A stretch of 64,000 nucleotides of DNA from the human T2T-CHM13v2.0 reference genome, Homo sapiens, in NCBI RefSeq assembly GCF_009914755.1, contig NC_060946.1; one strand, 5' to 3'. The notes under the pieces were generated by a model that saw nothing but the letters and a program-made list of their open reading frames with translations, was not told the DNA's origin and ran no database searches. How positions within the stretch are numbered: position 1 is the stretch's first letter; the number at the start of each line of letters is the position of its first letter. Position numbers and translations under genes: made by a program. Positions 18,547-35,275 of this stretch are shown here, piece after piece.

Positions 18547-18672
18547 TGTCATGAAATGCTTTTATTTGTTTTGTTTTTGTTTTTTAAGAGAAAAGTGAAA
18601 GCAAGTTTATTAAGAAAGTAAAGGAATAAAAGAATGGCTACTCCATAGGCAGAGCTGCCATGAAATACTTCT
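18547..18672 (-). mobile_element. Polyadenylated MER41-like LTR fragment flanked by TSD
   Basis: Body 18586-18655 matches recalled MER41 R region; AATAAA on - at 18606-18611; T-rich tail 18562-18585; TGYCATGAAATRCTT repeats. Confidence 0.7.
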
Positions 18673-20479
18673 AAGAAGGCTGGAGTTTCTAGAATTTCAT
18701 TTCCTGGAATTAAATACTCCTCTTAACGCCCCAATTTCAGAGGTAGAATCCTGGAAAACTATATATTACTTTAGAAATAGCTTTTCCCTTTTTCTAAAGT
18801 GGGAGGAAGAGCTGGTATATTTATTAAGCGGACCATGACCTTTTCTGCAAACAGATACTTGAACGTACCTTGTACTAGATACTGTTTTAAAAAGCAACCT
18901 TTTGCTGTGACAAATGACCCATAAACACATAGTTCATTTGAGGTGTTTTTGCTTTTTCTGCCAAAGTTGGGGTGGTGTTTTTGTGGGCAAATGGCAGATT
19001 TTCAACGTTTTGTTTATCAAAGCATTTTGAAAAGAGAAGCAGGGCCACTTGTTTTCTAGCAAACAGGAATAGCTTCTATTTCAGTAATTTTAATTTCTCT
19101 ACCAAGGACACTTCAATCAGTAAGAAAAAATATATTTACGAGTGAAATAAAAACAAGAATTATTTGGAGCACTTTTCAAAATGCAGCATTGTAAGAATAA
19201 GTAAACAATATAATTTTTAAAGGACTTCATCTTTTGTTAACCTCTCAAAAAAGTAATGAAATTAGCATTGCTGAGTGTAAATGTTTTTAAAAATGTTTTA
19301 TAATGTTTTGTTATTGTTCCTCACCACTGTGTGATGAAAAACATTTTATTCTTCTAATGTCAAATAATCTGTGATGCAGAAAGAATGGGAGTTTGTTGCT
19401 TCCGGGCTTATTTGAATTCTGAGCTTGTTTAACGTGGGCTTTTGGGTTTGCGCTATGTTCCACTAAAAGGCATCATAACTGATGATCAGTAGAAGGGTGA
19501 ATTTAGCTTGTCATCATCAGTAAGAGAGATGAATTTATACTCAGTCATATACATAATACTCCTCTAACTTTTTGTGATTATGAATATATGGATCTGGTTT
19601 TTCGGAACCATTATAAGTAAACTGTCCTGTAAGGATATTGAATAGACATCCTTGATTTCACGCTCATCTCTTGATCTTCCCAACTAGTGTTTGGTGGTTG
19701 CATTTATTTCACAAGTACTTTATTTGCCAGTGTTGAAGATATGGTTTGAACTGTTCAGACAAGATCGCTGATCTTATGAAACTTAAGTTGTAGTGGCAGA
19801 GGTAGGGTAGACAGATCATAGACAAGTAAATACGATGTTTTCAAGTAGAACATAACAGAATAGAGAGCGCTGGAGTCTGAATGAAAGGCATCTCTGAAGA
19901 GGTGACATTTGGGCTGAGACTGGAATGATGAAGAGGAGTCAGTCATTTGAAGATCTGGAAGAACAAACGGAGAGGCCCGAAGGCTGCAATGAAGTTGATC
20001 TGCTTTTTGGAACGGATGGAAAGCTCATGTGAATAGAGAACAGTGAGAGAGGATGGATGGCACAGGATGCAGTAGGAGAAATGGGAAGAGGTCAGACGTT
20101 GAGCTTTGGAAGTTAGGTTAAGGATTCCAAATAGAAGCTATTGGAAGATTTTAAGTGAAGGAATGATGTGATCTAATTTGTATTTTAAAGGTATTTCACT
20201 GAATCTTAGTTGCTGTCACTTGTAAGACATATTGTTTTATGTAACAGCAGGGGAAAATGCTGTCAATTGATATGTCATTGATTTTAGGAAGTATCTTAAT
20301 TTCAAAGATGTCAAAAAAAATTTGTGCATCTTAGAATTGAGGAAAGCATGGATTAGTGATAGAGGATTACTGTATCCCGTCCCCCAGGTGGAGAGTTTTA
20401 GCCATTAGAAATCTATAGATTAGGCATTCATTGATAAATACTTTTGATAATTTTCTCAAAACTATAAGCTTGATAGGGT

Positions 20480-20760
20480 AATGCGTGCCTATAGTCCTAG
20501 CTCCTCTGGAGGCTGAGGTGAGAGGATTGCTTGAGCCCAGGAATTTGAGGCTGCCATGAGCTGTGATTGTGCCACTTCACTCCAGCCTGGGCAACAGAGT
20601 GAGACTCTGTCTCTAAAAACAAACGAAAACAAAAACAAAAATGTAGCTGGACATGGTGGCTTATACCTGTAATCCCAGCAACCCAGGAGGCTGAGGCAGG
20701 AGGATTGCTTGAGGCCAGGAGCTTGAGACCAGCCTGGACAACATAGTGAGACCTTGTCTC
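20480..20760 (+). mobile_element. Two old Alu monomers (right-arm-like then left-arm-like)
   Basis: gaggctgccatgagctgtgattg...gactctgtctc then ggtggcttatacctgtaatccc...gagaccttgtctc. Confidence 0.8.
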
Positions 20761-20842
20761 TTCATCACTTAGTTCTTCTAGGGTCATACTGTGTACTTAT
20801 GTATGCTTCAGATGTGCTATTGAAGGTATTAGAAGTAGGTAG

Positions 20843-21196
<354 letters not shown>

Positions 21197-21287
21197 TAGA
21201 GTAGGTGATAAGTCATATTGAACACCTCAGTTGAATTCTGTTCCAGTCAGGATAATTATCATCGATAGATTGCACATTTTATATATA

Positions 21288-21589
21288 TTTTTTTCTTTTT
21301 TTTTTTTTTTTGAGACAGAGTCTCACTCTGTCACCAGGCTGGAGTGCAGTGGCGCAATCTCTGCTCACTGCAACCTCTGCCTCCCAGTTCAAGCGATTCT
21401 CCTGCCTCAGCCTCCCGAGTAGCTGGGACTAGAGGTGCACACCACCACGCCCAGCTAATTTTTGTATTTTTAGTAGAGACGGGGTTTCAGCATGTTGGTC
21501 AGGATGGTCTCGATCTCTTGACCTCGTGATCTGCCCTCCTCGGCCTCCCAAAGTGCTGGGATTACAGGCATGAGCCACTGCGCCTGGCT
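21288..21589 (-). mobile_element. Alu (AluS-like)
   Basis: T-tract plus reverse dimer. Confidence 0.9.
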
Positions 21590-22519
21590 GCAGATTATAT
21601 TTTTATAGAATATATTTTTTTTAACTGCCAAATGCCTGTACCAATATGGGGCTGGCATCCCAAAGTACCTAGTGTCTGTCTGTTTTGTTCACATACTCTC
21701 CTTCAGATCAGTTATTCCTTGACTTCTATTATTGTTCCTAAGCTCATGATTCCTAGCCTTGCTTCTCTGATCTGGTCCGCTCATTAAGGCTATAGATGTG
21801 GTCTAATTATTTCCAGATGACTTGCAGGATATTTATACCTGGATTTTAAATTGTCATTGCAGACTTTAGATGTTGAACATAAATTTGGAAATATGTGTGC
21901 TCAGTTCCCTTCTTTGTCAGTGGCACTGCTGGTTTTCTGTGATTTTTGACTCCTTAAATCTAGCCCATTAATAAGCTTTGTCAGTTCTTCTTTTCCATTT
22001 CGGGTTCCATGGCTTTATTCCTCAGTCTGTTTTCTGGATTTGCCTTCTTCCTACATGGTTCTGATGCTATTGTTCCCTTGCTGTCTTTCATAACTCTATC
22101 TCATAAACTTGTGCTCATAATTTTTGAGCTGAAAAAGACAATATATCTCTAGTTCAACCCTGTCATTTTACAGAAGAGGAAAATGGTGTCTGTCCTCCTG
22201 TACCTAGTGCTCAAGGCTTTCTGAAAAGTTACTCCACTCAACTTTTTTAGGGCTAGTTTCTGTTCTTCCTTCCTTTAAACTGTCATCTCCAATCAGAACA
22301 GACCCATCATTTTCCCCCGCCCCCACCAACCAGCACATTCACCTGCTTGCATGCATGTGCACACACACAACCTGGTGACTACTTTTGTGACTTTGCTCTT
22401 GCTGTTCACCCAGACTGGAACCTGTTACCTTTCCTCCCTCTCTAGTCTATATTTCTACCCATCTTCCTAAGCCCTTGCCAACCATAGCCCAATAGTTTTC
22501 TTTAATTTCTTTGTATTGA

Positions 22520-22882
<363 letters not shown>

Positions 22883-25762
22883 TGAATGGTGCAAATGATC
22901 ACCTTTATTTTTTTAATACCAATACACATGCCTTCTTGTTAATTGGTTTTTGTATGTATGCTTATCACCTCAATTTAATTGCTGGCCTTAAACATTTTTG
23001 AGTATAAGTATTCATGGTAACTTGTCATGGCATTAAGTATAGACATATTAAAAAATACTTTTTAATAGATTGGTAAATTGTGAAAATTATGTCCAGATAT
23101 GTGGATTTTAATTTATTTTTAAAGTTATTGTTTTATCTGTGTGTTTCTGCCTCATAGAGGTAAACTGGGGAATGAGTAAGAATATTTCGCTGTATATTTA
23201 AATTATATTTCTGAGTCTTTTTTGCTGATAGACTTGTTCTGGGATGACTTAGTAGGGGCCATTACTTTTACTTCTGTGTACTTTTAAAGTTGTCTAGTAA
23301 GATGAAGCTTTTCACAGTATTTGTGATAGTTTGCTAGTTTCCTTTTGGAAAATTTTGAGAAATTAATGTTGCCTGAAGTTACTAATTTCAGTTCTAAGAT
23401 TTTGCATATTGTTTTGTATTCCAAGACTTGTAAAGGGTGACAGGAAAATCTTTAGAGTATGGAAACTGAGCTCAAGATCTCATAAATAATGCTTTCAAGT
23501 ACATCACACTCTGTAATGTAGAATGGAGCATTAGAAAAGGAAAATAGATGCGTAAAACTTGAAACCATAGGAGGTAAATTTACTCTTGTAATTAAATATC
23601 AGTTTTCTTATTTCATCATATTTGGGAATTCATCGAGTGCCTCTTGAGTCTTTAATGAGAAACGGGTAGCAGGTATCAGAACCTAATATTAGCTCTCATG
23701 CATCTTAGTCACTTGTTTTAGTCTTTTGTAAATGACATATGGCAAAATGATCTGTTTAGAGAGGTGTGGTGCTCACCTTTTTTTTTTTCATTTTTACACA
23801 TGTGAAGAATTTGATAAATATTCATATCAGAATAGCTCAGAGAATGTCAGTGGTTCTTATGGAGTAGTAGTAAGGCTTGACAAGCCCAGCAGGGGATTTT
23901 GATATCTCCCTCTCATGTACTCAGCCTAGGGTACCCTTTTTCATTTTTCCTCATATATTCTGTCCCACACAACTGCCAATAAGTAGTAAATGGCCAAAAG
24001 TTAGACATAGTGGTAAAGAAGCAAAACCTATGTTTCATAGTTTAGCTTGATGTTAAGTGGTTTTTAATGTAGTTGTTTCTGTTTTCTTAGGAAATATGGA
24101 AATATTTTTGTGCCATACCTCCTTTTTGGGTAATGTGACTTGTCATTGGCCTTTAGGTTTTAACAGGTGACTTTGGATCTTTTCCATAAGCCCTAGGGCT
24201 TAGGTCCTCAGAGATTTTGGAAGAACAGCTGTCACCTCCGGCTCCCCTCCATTTCTCCAACCTTTTACATATACTGTGTAATTTTAATTTCCTTTGCCCC
24301 TTCTTTAAACAAACCCTAAAAAGACGAAACGTATGCTTTGCATTAAGAGTTGGGCATATGCCTAGGAAACAAGCTTTCTGAGCAAACTTAATATAGGTAA
24401 CTTAGTTTTTTTTGAAGCCATGTATTACATCTCAAAGCCCTGAACTGCAAGTTTAGAGATCTGGGTTCGTTTCAAATTTTTATTAGCTGGTAACCTTGAT
24501 TATGTTATTTAATCTTTCTGATTTATAATTATAGGATCTATAAAAAGGCGATACCTGCCATGCCTATTTTATAGGATTGTTATAAAGTGCAAATAAGAAA
24601 ACATTTTGAAAATAAAGACATTATGAAGTTGTAAGGTATTATCCTTCAGCATTTGTTCAGCAAACATTGAATACCTGCTATGTGCTAGGTACTTTACTGG
24701 GGTTACAAAAATGGGTGACATGTAGTCTGGTTTTTTATAAACTTGCAGTCATGGAAGGATGCAGATATGTAATCAGAAAATTGCAATACAGTGCAGTGTG
24801 ATAAGGTGCAGTAATCAAGCCCGTTGCAAGGCAGAGTTGTGGTCTGTGTTACCTCTTTTGAAGAAGTGGAAAATACTGGGATGAGTAAGAAGGCACTGGC
24901 AGAAAGTGAACTTGATAATGAGTCAGAGATCAGGTAATGAAGGACTTTGTATGCTAAGGGATTTAGAAGTTTGGTCTTCATTTGTAGACCTGCATTTCTC
25001 AGTGTCCTCTGAAAATCTAGTTTCATGAGATGGTGTCACAGGGATGTTGACTGCTGAGGACGGAGGATAGTGTTTTTTGGTAAAGTGTTAGGCACACACT
25101 ATTATTGTTATTAGACTCCTCAGTGCTTATATAATGCGAATAGTGTATTTTGTGAATATGGAGGGTGAAGTTAGGTGGCTGCAGCATGCAGTATTTTCCA
25201 CACTTATTCCGTGTGCACCACCTTTTTTCCTAAGAACATCTAAGGCACAATTGAGGGAAATGCTGTTTATGTTGGGGAGGTACTGGTGAATTTTAAGCTG
25301 CGACATAGTACATGATCAGATTTTTAATTGTCAAGAAAATTCTGGCAGCAGGGACTGGGGTGTATTGGAAGACAAGAAAGTTGAAGAAGGGATACTTGCA
25401 ACGGAAGCTCTTGCTGGATGTCGGGAAATAAATGATGAGAGTTTGAAGTGCCAATAGAGCAGGAAGGGGCAAATTTTAGACATATTTAGGAGTTAGTTTC
25501 AGGGAACTTTGAAGACTGATCAGATGTGGAACAAGGTTTAGTTAGGGAGGGAGGAGTCTAGGATGATTTCCAGGTTCTTGACATACCAGCTAGAATTAAC
25601 AGAGGTAAGGAATTCAGGATGGAAGAGTAGGTCGCAGGCTTATTTATTTGTAAGGACTCACTTAAAATGTCTCCCATTTCTGAACCCAATGATGTACTTT
25701 GACTTTCAGCACTTAGTTCACTTTAGGATACAAAAATGTATAGTGTAAAAATAAGTCTTTAA

Positions 25763-26101
<339 letters not shown>

Positions 26102-26837
26102 TGAGAGTGGCAGAGAGAGACAAAAATATAAAGCACTGTGCTATATTGGTGAAGTTCTGGGAGAAACATACTCATATATAGGATGCCAGGAATTCATGGA
26201 GGAGAACATTTAGAATATTGCTTCTCAAACTTTAATGCGCTTTGGAATACCTGGGGACCTTATTAAAATGCAGATTCTGATTTAGTAACTGTAGAATGGA
26301 CCGTGAACTTCTTCATACTCCTGCATAATACCAATGTTGCTGGTCTGTGAGCCATGTTATAAGTTACAAAGATACAGAGTAGTTCGGTGATCAGTGCACA
26401 CCTGCAGCATGCCATGCACTGACCTAGAAATTAGGATATAAAAATATTGGGATATTTCTTGTCTTCAAGGAGTCCATACATAGAGGAGAGAGATGAATAA
26501 AAAGATACTCAGAAATAACACAGGTAAACATAGATAATAATACAATTGAAGTGTAATGGAAATATGAATAGAATGCTAGGGGATGAAAGGAAATGGCAAA
26601 CAATTTTTCTTTGAAAAAGGCTTTACGGAGGAAGTGATATTTGAGCCGGAGTTTTAAATAATCATATGGCTTTGCTAGGAGAGAAGTGAGTCTTTGAAGA
26701 GAGAGATCAATCCCTGTTTCCATGATGCAGTTTTACCTATTTGAACAAAAATTTTGATTAAAAGTGTTCTAATATATTATCTTATACAATATGGTTATCC
26801 TACAATATAAAATATATTGGCAATGTTAATGATTTGA

Positions 26838-27119
<282 letters not shown>

Positions 27120-28227
27120 TAGTCATGGTTGCTGGTTTATGGATTCTTAGACGTTTCTTTCCAAATGTTTTATAGCCACTTCAGTGATTGGCTATCATGA
27201 TACAGTTGTGAGTCCTTCTCAACTGTATTTAATTCCTAGGCCACTGATAACATGTGTCTGGAAGATCATGGAATATGAGGTTGTTGAGTTGTTTAGGCCA
27301 GCACCCTTCATTCTTAGGGCATCCATTTTTTTGATGTCTTAATCTTTGTAATATTTTGCTCTGGGGGATAATATTTAATATTATCCAATATTATCAGTAT
27401 TTGATAATAGGAGTGAAATGAGCCTATTACACATGAACTCCTTGGAGAATACTTTTTCTTTATGCCTGTGGATGGCTTTATTTTTTTAACGAAGGTCTTG
27501 AACTGAGACATGGGGAGCTAGACCTGGGGTCACCATTTATCCAAGTTGGCATCCCTGTGACCAGCAATGCACAACAACAATGCTAAGTTTACTGGGGCCT
27601 TAGTAAGTATGTGTTTTATTTGCTGGGCCTCCCCCAACAAATGTCACTCTGTATGAATAACTTTTCCTGTTTATTTTTCATATTAAGAAATTTCACTGGA
27701 ATAGCAATGCATTCCATCTCTGTGTTTTAGTTCAGGTACCACTTTGTTTCATATCAACTCCTAGTGTTCTGTCATAATCACACATACTGGAGATCCATTT
27801 GAATGACTAGGAGCTTTCATTTTTGTTCTGTTTTGTTTTTTGAGATTTATCCTTTTAGTTAGAAAGATAGCGTGGTAAGATTGGGAGGGCTGCGTTTGTT
27901 GTTTTTTTATTCAGTATAGCTCATCTTTTTCGTTTAGCAAAGGCAGTTGCTTTGGTAAGCCTTAGGTCAAAGGTTTAGGTCAGAGGTTTTCAGTATGTTC
28001 TGTAGCTACTCCTTTCTGCTGAGATGAAAGTTAGGTAGAAGCCCTATCACCACTTAAACCTTGAGCAGCAAAATGTTTATCTGTTTCATTTATTGAAGTT
28101 CTGTGTAAGATTCTGTTTGAAAAAATGTTGGTTTTTTTTTTTCCTGCTAAAATCTATTTTGAAAGCTACTGACTCATGCCATCTTGATCTTTGACATGTT
28201 GGATAGTTCTCATTCCCCTCTTACAAA

Positions 28228-28530
28228 GTTTCTTTTTTCTTTTTTTTGAGACAGGGTCTTGCTCTGTCGCCCAGGCTGGAGTGCAGTAGGCAGAGCATGG
28301 ATCATTGCATCCTTGACCTCCTAGGCTCAAGCAGTCTTCCTCCTTGGCCTCCTGAGTAGCTAGGACCACAGGCGTGTACCACCACACCTGGCTATTTTTT
28401 ATTTTATTTTTTGTAGAGATGAAGTGTCACTGTGTTGCCCAGGCTGGTCTCAAACTCCTGGGTTTGAAGCAATATTCCTGCCTTGACTTCCCAAAGTGCT
28501 GGGATTACAGGTGTGAACCATGCCTGGCCT
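28228..28530 (-). mobile_element. AluJ-like
   Basis: Reverse dimer gagacagggtcttgctctg...cctggcc. Confidence 0.88.
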
Positions 28531-29603
28531 CTTACGAAATTTCTATTTCTTTAGTCATAAGATTCTTTGAAATGTTATTTAAAAGTCTCAAAACTAGGTT
28601 TAATAGCTTTGGTGGTACTTCACATTTGTCAGGACATGACTGTCTGATGACACTAGGACCTAGCAATGTCTATTCAGCAGTTCATCATAATTAGCAAATG
28701 TAGCTTTTACTTTGGCATTCTTGTACACAGAGTGTCAACAGTTTCTGCCTTCATCTAATCATTCTGCTACATCACATCATAACTTGCAAGGTTGGAGTTA
28801 CCAAATAGTAAATGTGTAGTTGCAAATTTTGCCTTGATTTTTTATAAAAGCACTTAATGACGTGTATAATAACCTCTATTCACTAGATTCAGGATACTTA
28901 ATATAAAAAGAATAACTGCTGAATGTCTTGATGATTTCCTAATTTCTGATGTTTTGTTTCTTTACTGTTCTTGGCAAATCAGCTCTTGGCAGACTTGCAT
29001 GGCAGCCAGCCGTTCCAGGATTGATTCTTTGAAAAGGAGCAGTGTGTCTTTAAATCTTTCCTTCACCCAAGGCATCCTGCTTGGTGCACATGTGCATAAG
29101 CACATCACTGGGCTCTTTCATGGAATGAGATGAAGTGCGCCTTTGTATACATGATTAAAATTGAACCCTCTGGTGATGTCAAGTATATTTATCCTTTGGG
29201 TCTGGAAGAGAGATGATGCTGTGAAAACTAGCAAGATTATTTTAATGAACAAAGGAAGACTCATTGCCAAGGGTTAAATAAAAAATAAATGGAGTTTTTA
29301 GTGACTTCATTAGAAATAATGATTTTATTGTGTTTAGTTGCCTCTGATTAACCTTGTTGCATATCTTTAAGTTACTAATAAGCTGCTGCCTAGTGGATTT
29401 TATATAAAGATGCTTACTGTAGTTTTTAAAGGTGGTGTTGTAGAGTGATTTTACTTCATGTGATGCCAGGTTTACACTTTTGAACTTGCTATCAGAGAAA
29501 GAAATAGGCGAAGAACAGTTTGTTTTGTATAATGTGTCCTTAGTATATTAGGAGCTAGGAAATGCAAGCCCATACTAAAAAAGAAAGGCAGTTGATGAAG
29601 TGA

Positions 29604-29741
<138 letters not shown>

Positions 29742-30665
29742 TAACTTTTGGGGTGAAACTCTGTGAAATTCATATAAGAAAAAAATCTGAAAGATAATGT
29801 TCAAAAGACTGAAAATTTCTATATGAGATTAAAGCATATTGAAGACAATGTGGTTTGTTTAAGAATGCAAAGGTTTAAAAAATGTGAAAGTTTTGCTTAT
29901 AATTTGAGGAGTTTGTTTCTTTCCTGTTTTTCTTAGGGTCATAGTGTGCTGAATTATATTGTTATGAGATAACACTAGTATGTAATTTATTACACTCTGA
30001 TGATAGTTCATAGTTTCTGTACTAATCTTTGGAGATCTCCCTATTGAGATCTCCATATTGGTATTTAACCAATATGGAGGGGATCTGTGTTTCATGAAAG
30101 TAATTCAATGTCAAGTTCATTATTGAAGATTATTGGAGGAAAAACTACAATCAAAATGTTTGTTTAAACCTATATAAATTTGATGGCTATTTTATACAGA
30201 TTGATACTTTACCAAAGGTTTGCATTCTAGGTAAGGTTTTGCTTAAACTCTATAAAATTATTAATAGATACAAAGAAGACAGGTTTTCCCTTTTATCATT
30301 TTTCAGTTAAACCAAACTGTGAGAGGCAGTTATAGGTGGTTGGAGCAGAAGAGATAAGGTGGAGAGGGGAACTGACATTTTTTAAGTGCCTGTTTCATTC
30401 TGTACTTGTGCCTGTACATATGTTATTCCATTTAATCTTCTTAGTAAACTTAGGAGGGTTTTAAGAGCCTAGTGGGAATGTTGTGGTACAATGGGAAGAT
30501 GGCATTTATAGCAGTCCTTTAGGAAAGGCTGGCTAGATTGACATTGTTGCTTTGAAGGCCTAAAGGCTTATTCTTGTTCATTCCTAGGGGAGATCAGCCC
30601 TGAGAGATTGACTTATACTAACTAAAACTGACAGGAAAAGGAGATAGCAGAATACATATTTATAA

Positions 30666-31005
<340 letters not shown>

Positions 31006-32981
31006 GAGTTGAACATTTAATGTCAGACTAGGCCAGAGTTTCTCAATCTTTTTATTCTCACTTCCCAAAGGAGCCGTTGGAGATTTTCCCCTCAATCTCT
31101 CTCCTTCATGAAATTTCATACCACAAATATAGTATGTTTTATTTATGTACTGTGACCCTTTGAAGGATCACAAACCAATATAATAGTTTTTCTTTTTAAC
31201 CCGTCAAGGACCAGTTTTTGCCCCTGTTGGAAATGCATAAACTGGACTGATGAATTGGTATAGATGGCTTTTATCATGAGGATCAGAAAAACTTGAAATT
31301 CCTTGGCTACGACACTCCATATTTATCACCGTATAGGGAGGACCTTGTTATGGGGAGTAGAAACACTCTACACTTTACAGCAGTAGAGGTTTTATGCCCA
31401 TTTTATAGATCAGGAAACAGATCTAGAGGAGGCTCACTTACTTAAGGGTCACAGAGCCAATAAATGGTGAAATACAGGATAGGAATAGATTTGGCTGACT
31501 CCCAGCCTTTTAAAACAACTTTTACAGGAATGTAGCTCAGATTGTTATTCTTTATCTGGTTTCTCTTAAATAAAGAAAAATGAAATGGAAGGGAGGAGGA
31601 ACATTAAATACTGTTAAATTACAAGTTTATGGACTGTTATAATGAAGTATTTTTAATAAAGTCTTATGTTGAGTAGGAATATGCTGCTCATTTGGCAAGT
31701 CATTTTAATGAATTTTTACTGTGGTTCATAGCACCTAGTAACTATAACTAGGCACTGTTATTTATCCTTTTATTTATAAGTTCCTAATTAAATAGTTACA
31801 TACCAGGTTGCTGAAGGAAAACATTCATTTAAAGAAAATCAATTTTCACATTTGAAAAAAGCCCTTGAGCCAAATTGATTTTAAAGAATGATATCTTGAC
31901 AGCAAATTTCAACTCAAGATTGCAAGTCACACAACAAAGATTTAGACATTAGCTGCATATCTCTTTCCTTCTTCTTATCGATCCTGTTATACTGAGTGTT
32001 TTATTTGTTATAGATAGTGAAATACATAAATATGAAATGGGGAAGGAGCAAGCATAAATTGCCTACTGATACCCTAGGCACTGCTCGTGGAGCTTTCAAT
32101 TATAACAACGCTTATCTGGTGTAGTGGTGGTGTCTCCTTTAAACAGTTGAGCAAAAAGGTGAGGATCAGAGGGGCAGGTTATTTGTCCAAGGCTATACAC
32201 TTGGTAAATAGCAAAACAAGTGGGAACCTCGGCTGCAGTTTGCTAGTGCGTCCGTACTTTACTATGAGTCACCTGGGGATCTTATTAAAATATAGGTTCT
32301 GATTTGGTAGGTCTGTGGGGGCCTGAGATTCAGTAGTTCTAAACAGTTCCAGGTATTGTCAGTTCTGGTGATCTGTCGCCCACATGTTGAGTAGCAGTGT
32401 GGTGACTAAAAATGAGTGCTTTTGAGCCACACGGACTTGGGTTTGTGCACTGTTCTGCCACTAACCATGGGGCCTTGGACAGGCTTTCTGTACCTTGACC
32501 TGTTTTTAAAATGGAGATAGTAATTAGGAAAGAACTTCTGATGTGAAAGCTTGAAAAACGCTTGACACAGGTGCTGATACATAGTCATCATGCGATAAAT
32601 GCTATTAATTTACCAGGTTCTAAGCGTTAACAGGAGCAGTTCTCCACTGTATCCTTAGTGCCCAGAACAGATTGATAGCTATCAGGAAATCTTCGTATGT
32701 ATGAATCTCTCACAAGTCTTTTCTACAACTGCAGCCTATGAGCTAGAGAGGTTGGGCACAGCTCTACTAATTTGATATCATGGAATTTTTAGCTTTTATA
32801 TCTAAGATTCAGTTTCATCAAGTCTTGCACTGTACTTCTTCCATGAGGGAATTTGGTTCATGCTTATCTTTGTGAATTATTTGTGAATATTTATTCACCA
32901 TGTTGATTGGGTTTGGCAGAAATAGAGGACAGTTTTTTCACTTGATTTTGGGTTTTGATTTTACTTTAAAAAATATTCTAG

Positions 32982-33077
32982 GGGAAAATGTAGCCAACAT
33001 ATACAAAGATCTTCAGAAACTCTCTCGCCTCTTTAAAGACCAGCTGGTGTATCCTCTTCTGGCTTTTACCCGACAAG
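32982..33077 (+). CDS. FBXO7: FBXO7 exon 6
   Basis: attctag|GGGAAAAT; [32 protein letters not shown]; AAG|gtaaga; 96 nt. Confidence 0.96.
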
Positions 33078-33438
33078 GTAAGAGATGAAATACTGTCACA
33101 ATTTAAATGACTGTAAAGAATAGTAAGTATACTTAATATTCTTGGTGAGTATGACATCTGACTGCCCTCTTTTCTGCTCCTGGCGAAATGTTCCTCTTCT
33201 AAGACTAAGCTTAATATTCCTTAAGTGCTATTTACTTTATCTTTGTATCTCCATGCCATTTTGTACATATTTTTATTGTAGTCTCTTTTCCATGGACTAT
33301 AATTGTTGATATGATTTCTTTCCACCTAAGGTTGGGAATACCTTGAAGGTAGGGAATATATCTTACTTTTGTATTCTTGTGGTCTAGCATGAGGTCAGGT
33401 ACATAATAGATGCTCTTTCTCTCTGTGTAGATACATAT

Positions 33439-33523
33439 ATATATGTCTATATAGACATATATTTAGATATATATGTCTATATAGACATATATTTAGATAT
33501 ATATGTCTATATAGACATATATA
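33439..33523. repeat. 30-bp tandem repeat (x3) each containing a perfect 24-bp palindrome
   Basis: ATATATGTCTATATAGACATATAT at 33439, 33469, 33499 separated by ttagat. Confidence 0.95.
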
Positions 33524-34879
33524 AATAATACATGGTCTGTAATTGGATCTAAGTTTTTTTTTTTAAACCATTTATTGGAGGCTCTTTGCAGGCACTTAGT
33601 TGGATATTTCACATGCATTCTTATTTACTGCTAATGACTTCGAAGTAAATTATGTGGTACTTATTTTATAGATGATGAAATCATAATTCAATAAGGTTTA
33701 TAATTCACTCGAGATCCTTATATTAGCTTCTCATTTTTTTGCAGTTAAAAAAATTAAAATCTCAGTGTCTTACAGTGAAATTTACTTCTCACTCGTGTAC
33801 ATGTTGTGTGTGGGTTTGCTTTGGCTGAAGGAGTTGTCTTTATCCAGGACATGCTCCTCTTGTAGTAGAAGGAAAGGAGTGCCAGTGGCCCAATTATGTG
33901 TTGGTTCAACGCTTTTGCCCAGAAATTATATATGTCACTTCCACTCACGTTTTGTCAGAAAAAATAAGACAAAAATGGCCAAGCCTGATGGTGGTGGGAT
34001 GGGGAAGTATAATTATGCGTAGGAAGTGATTGAGAACCATAATACAATCTACCACAATTCTCCAACTAGTAGGTAGTTTGACTTATATGAATAGATAGTG
34101 GCTTTTATTTGCTCTCTATATGTAGAGAAATAAGTAAAACGTTTTTGGTGTCAAGTTGAATGGTGGCATGTCTATTATTACAGTAGTCTTCTCTGTAGTT
34201 GGTGATAAGGGAAAGGGAGTAATGCCAATTGAAAAACATGTAGATATGTCTGTTGGATTTTGATTATTTTTGCTAGTGGAGAATAGTATCACAAATATTT
34301 TGAAGGTGCTAATAACCAAAACATAATTTTCATTGAACTTGGGACATATTATTTTTCCTTTCCTTTCTTGGCTTTGTTTCTGAATTTATCTATCTCTTTT
34401 TAGCCTGCTAGACTTCAGATAATAGTAATTTGCTAACACTTGAGTGCTTATGCTTGGTGTGCCAAACATTGTTCTAAGCACTTAATATGTGTTAATACAT
34501 TTACTTCTCACAACTCATTGAAGTAGGTGGAATGTAATATTAATCCATTTTACAGATGAAATTAAGATAGCATTTAAATAACTTGTCCAAAGGCACACAG
34601 TTAATAACTGGCATGGAAACAGATATAAAAGCCAGTGAATTATTCATTTTCTGTAGTTGAATGAAGAAATTTTGTTGTATTGAATAATGTTTGAGACAGA
34701 AGAGACCATTGGCTAGTATTTAGCAATTATCATAGTTATTTGATTTATATTAAAAAGCATTTGTCTTTCCACTAAAACATAAAGGGAATAAGGGCCTAGA
34801 GTTATATGAGTTAATAGTAATTATAGTCAAGCTGGGGTTAAAAATTTGTTGTAGATGATGCATACTTGGGGATAATTAA

Positions 34880-35275
<396 letters not shown>

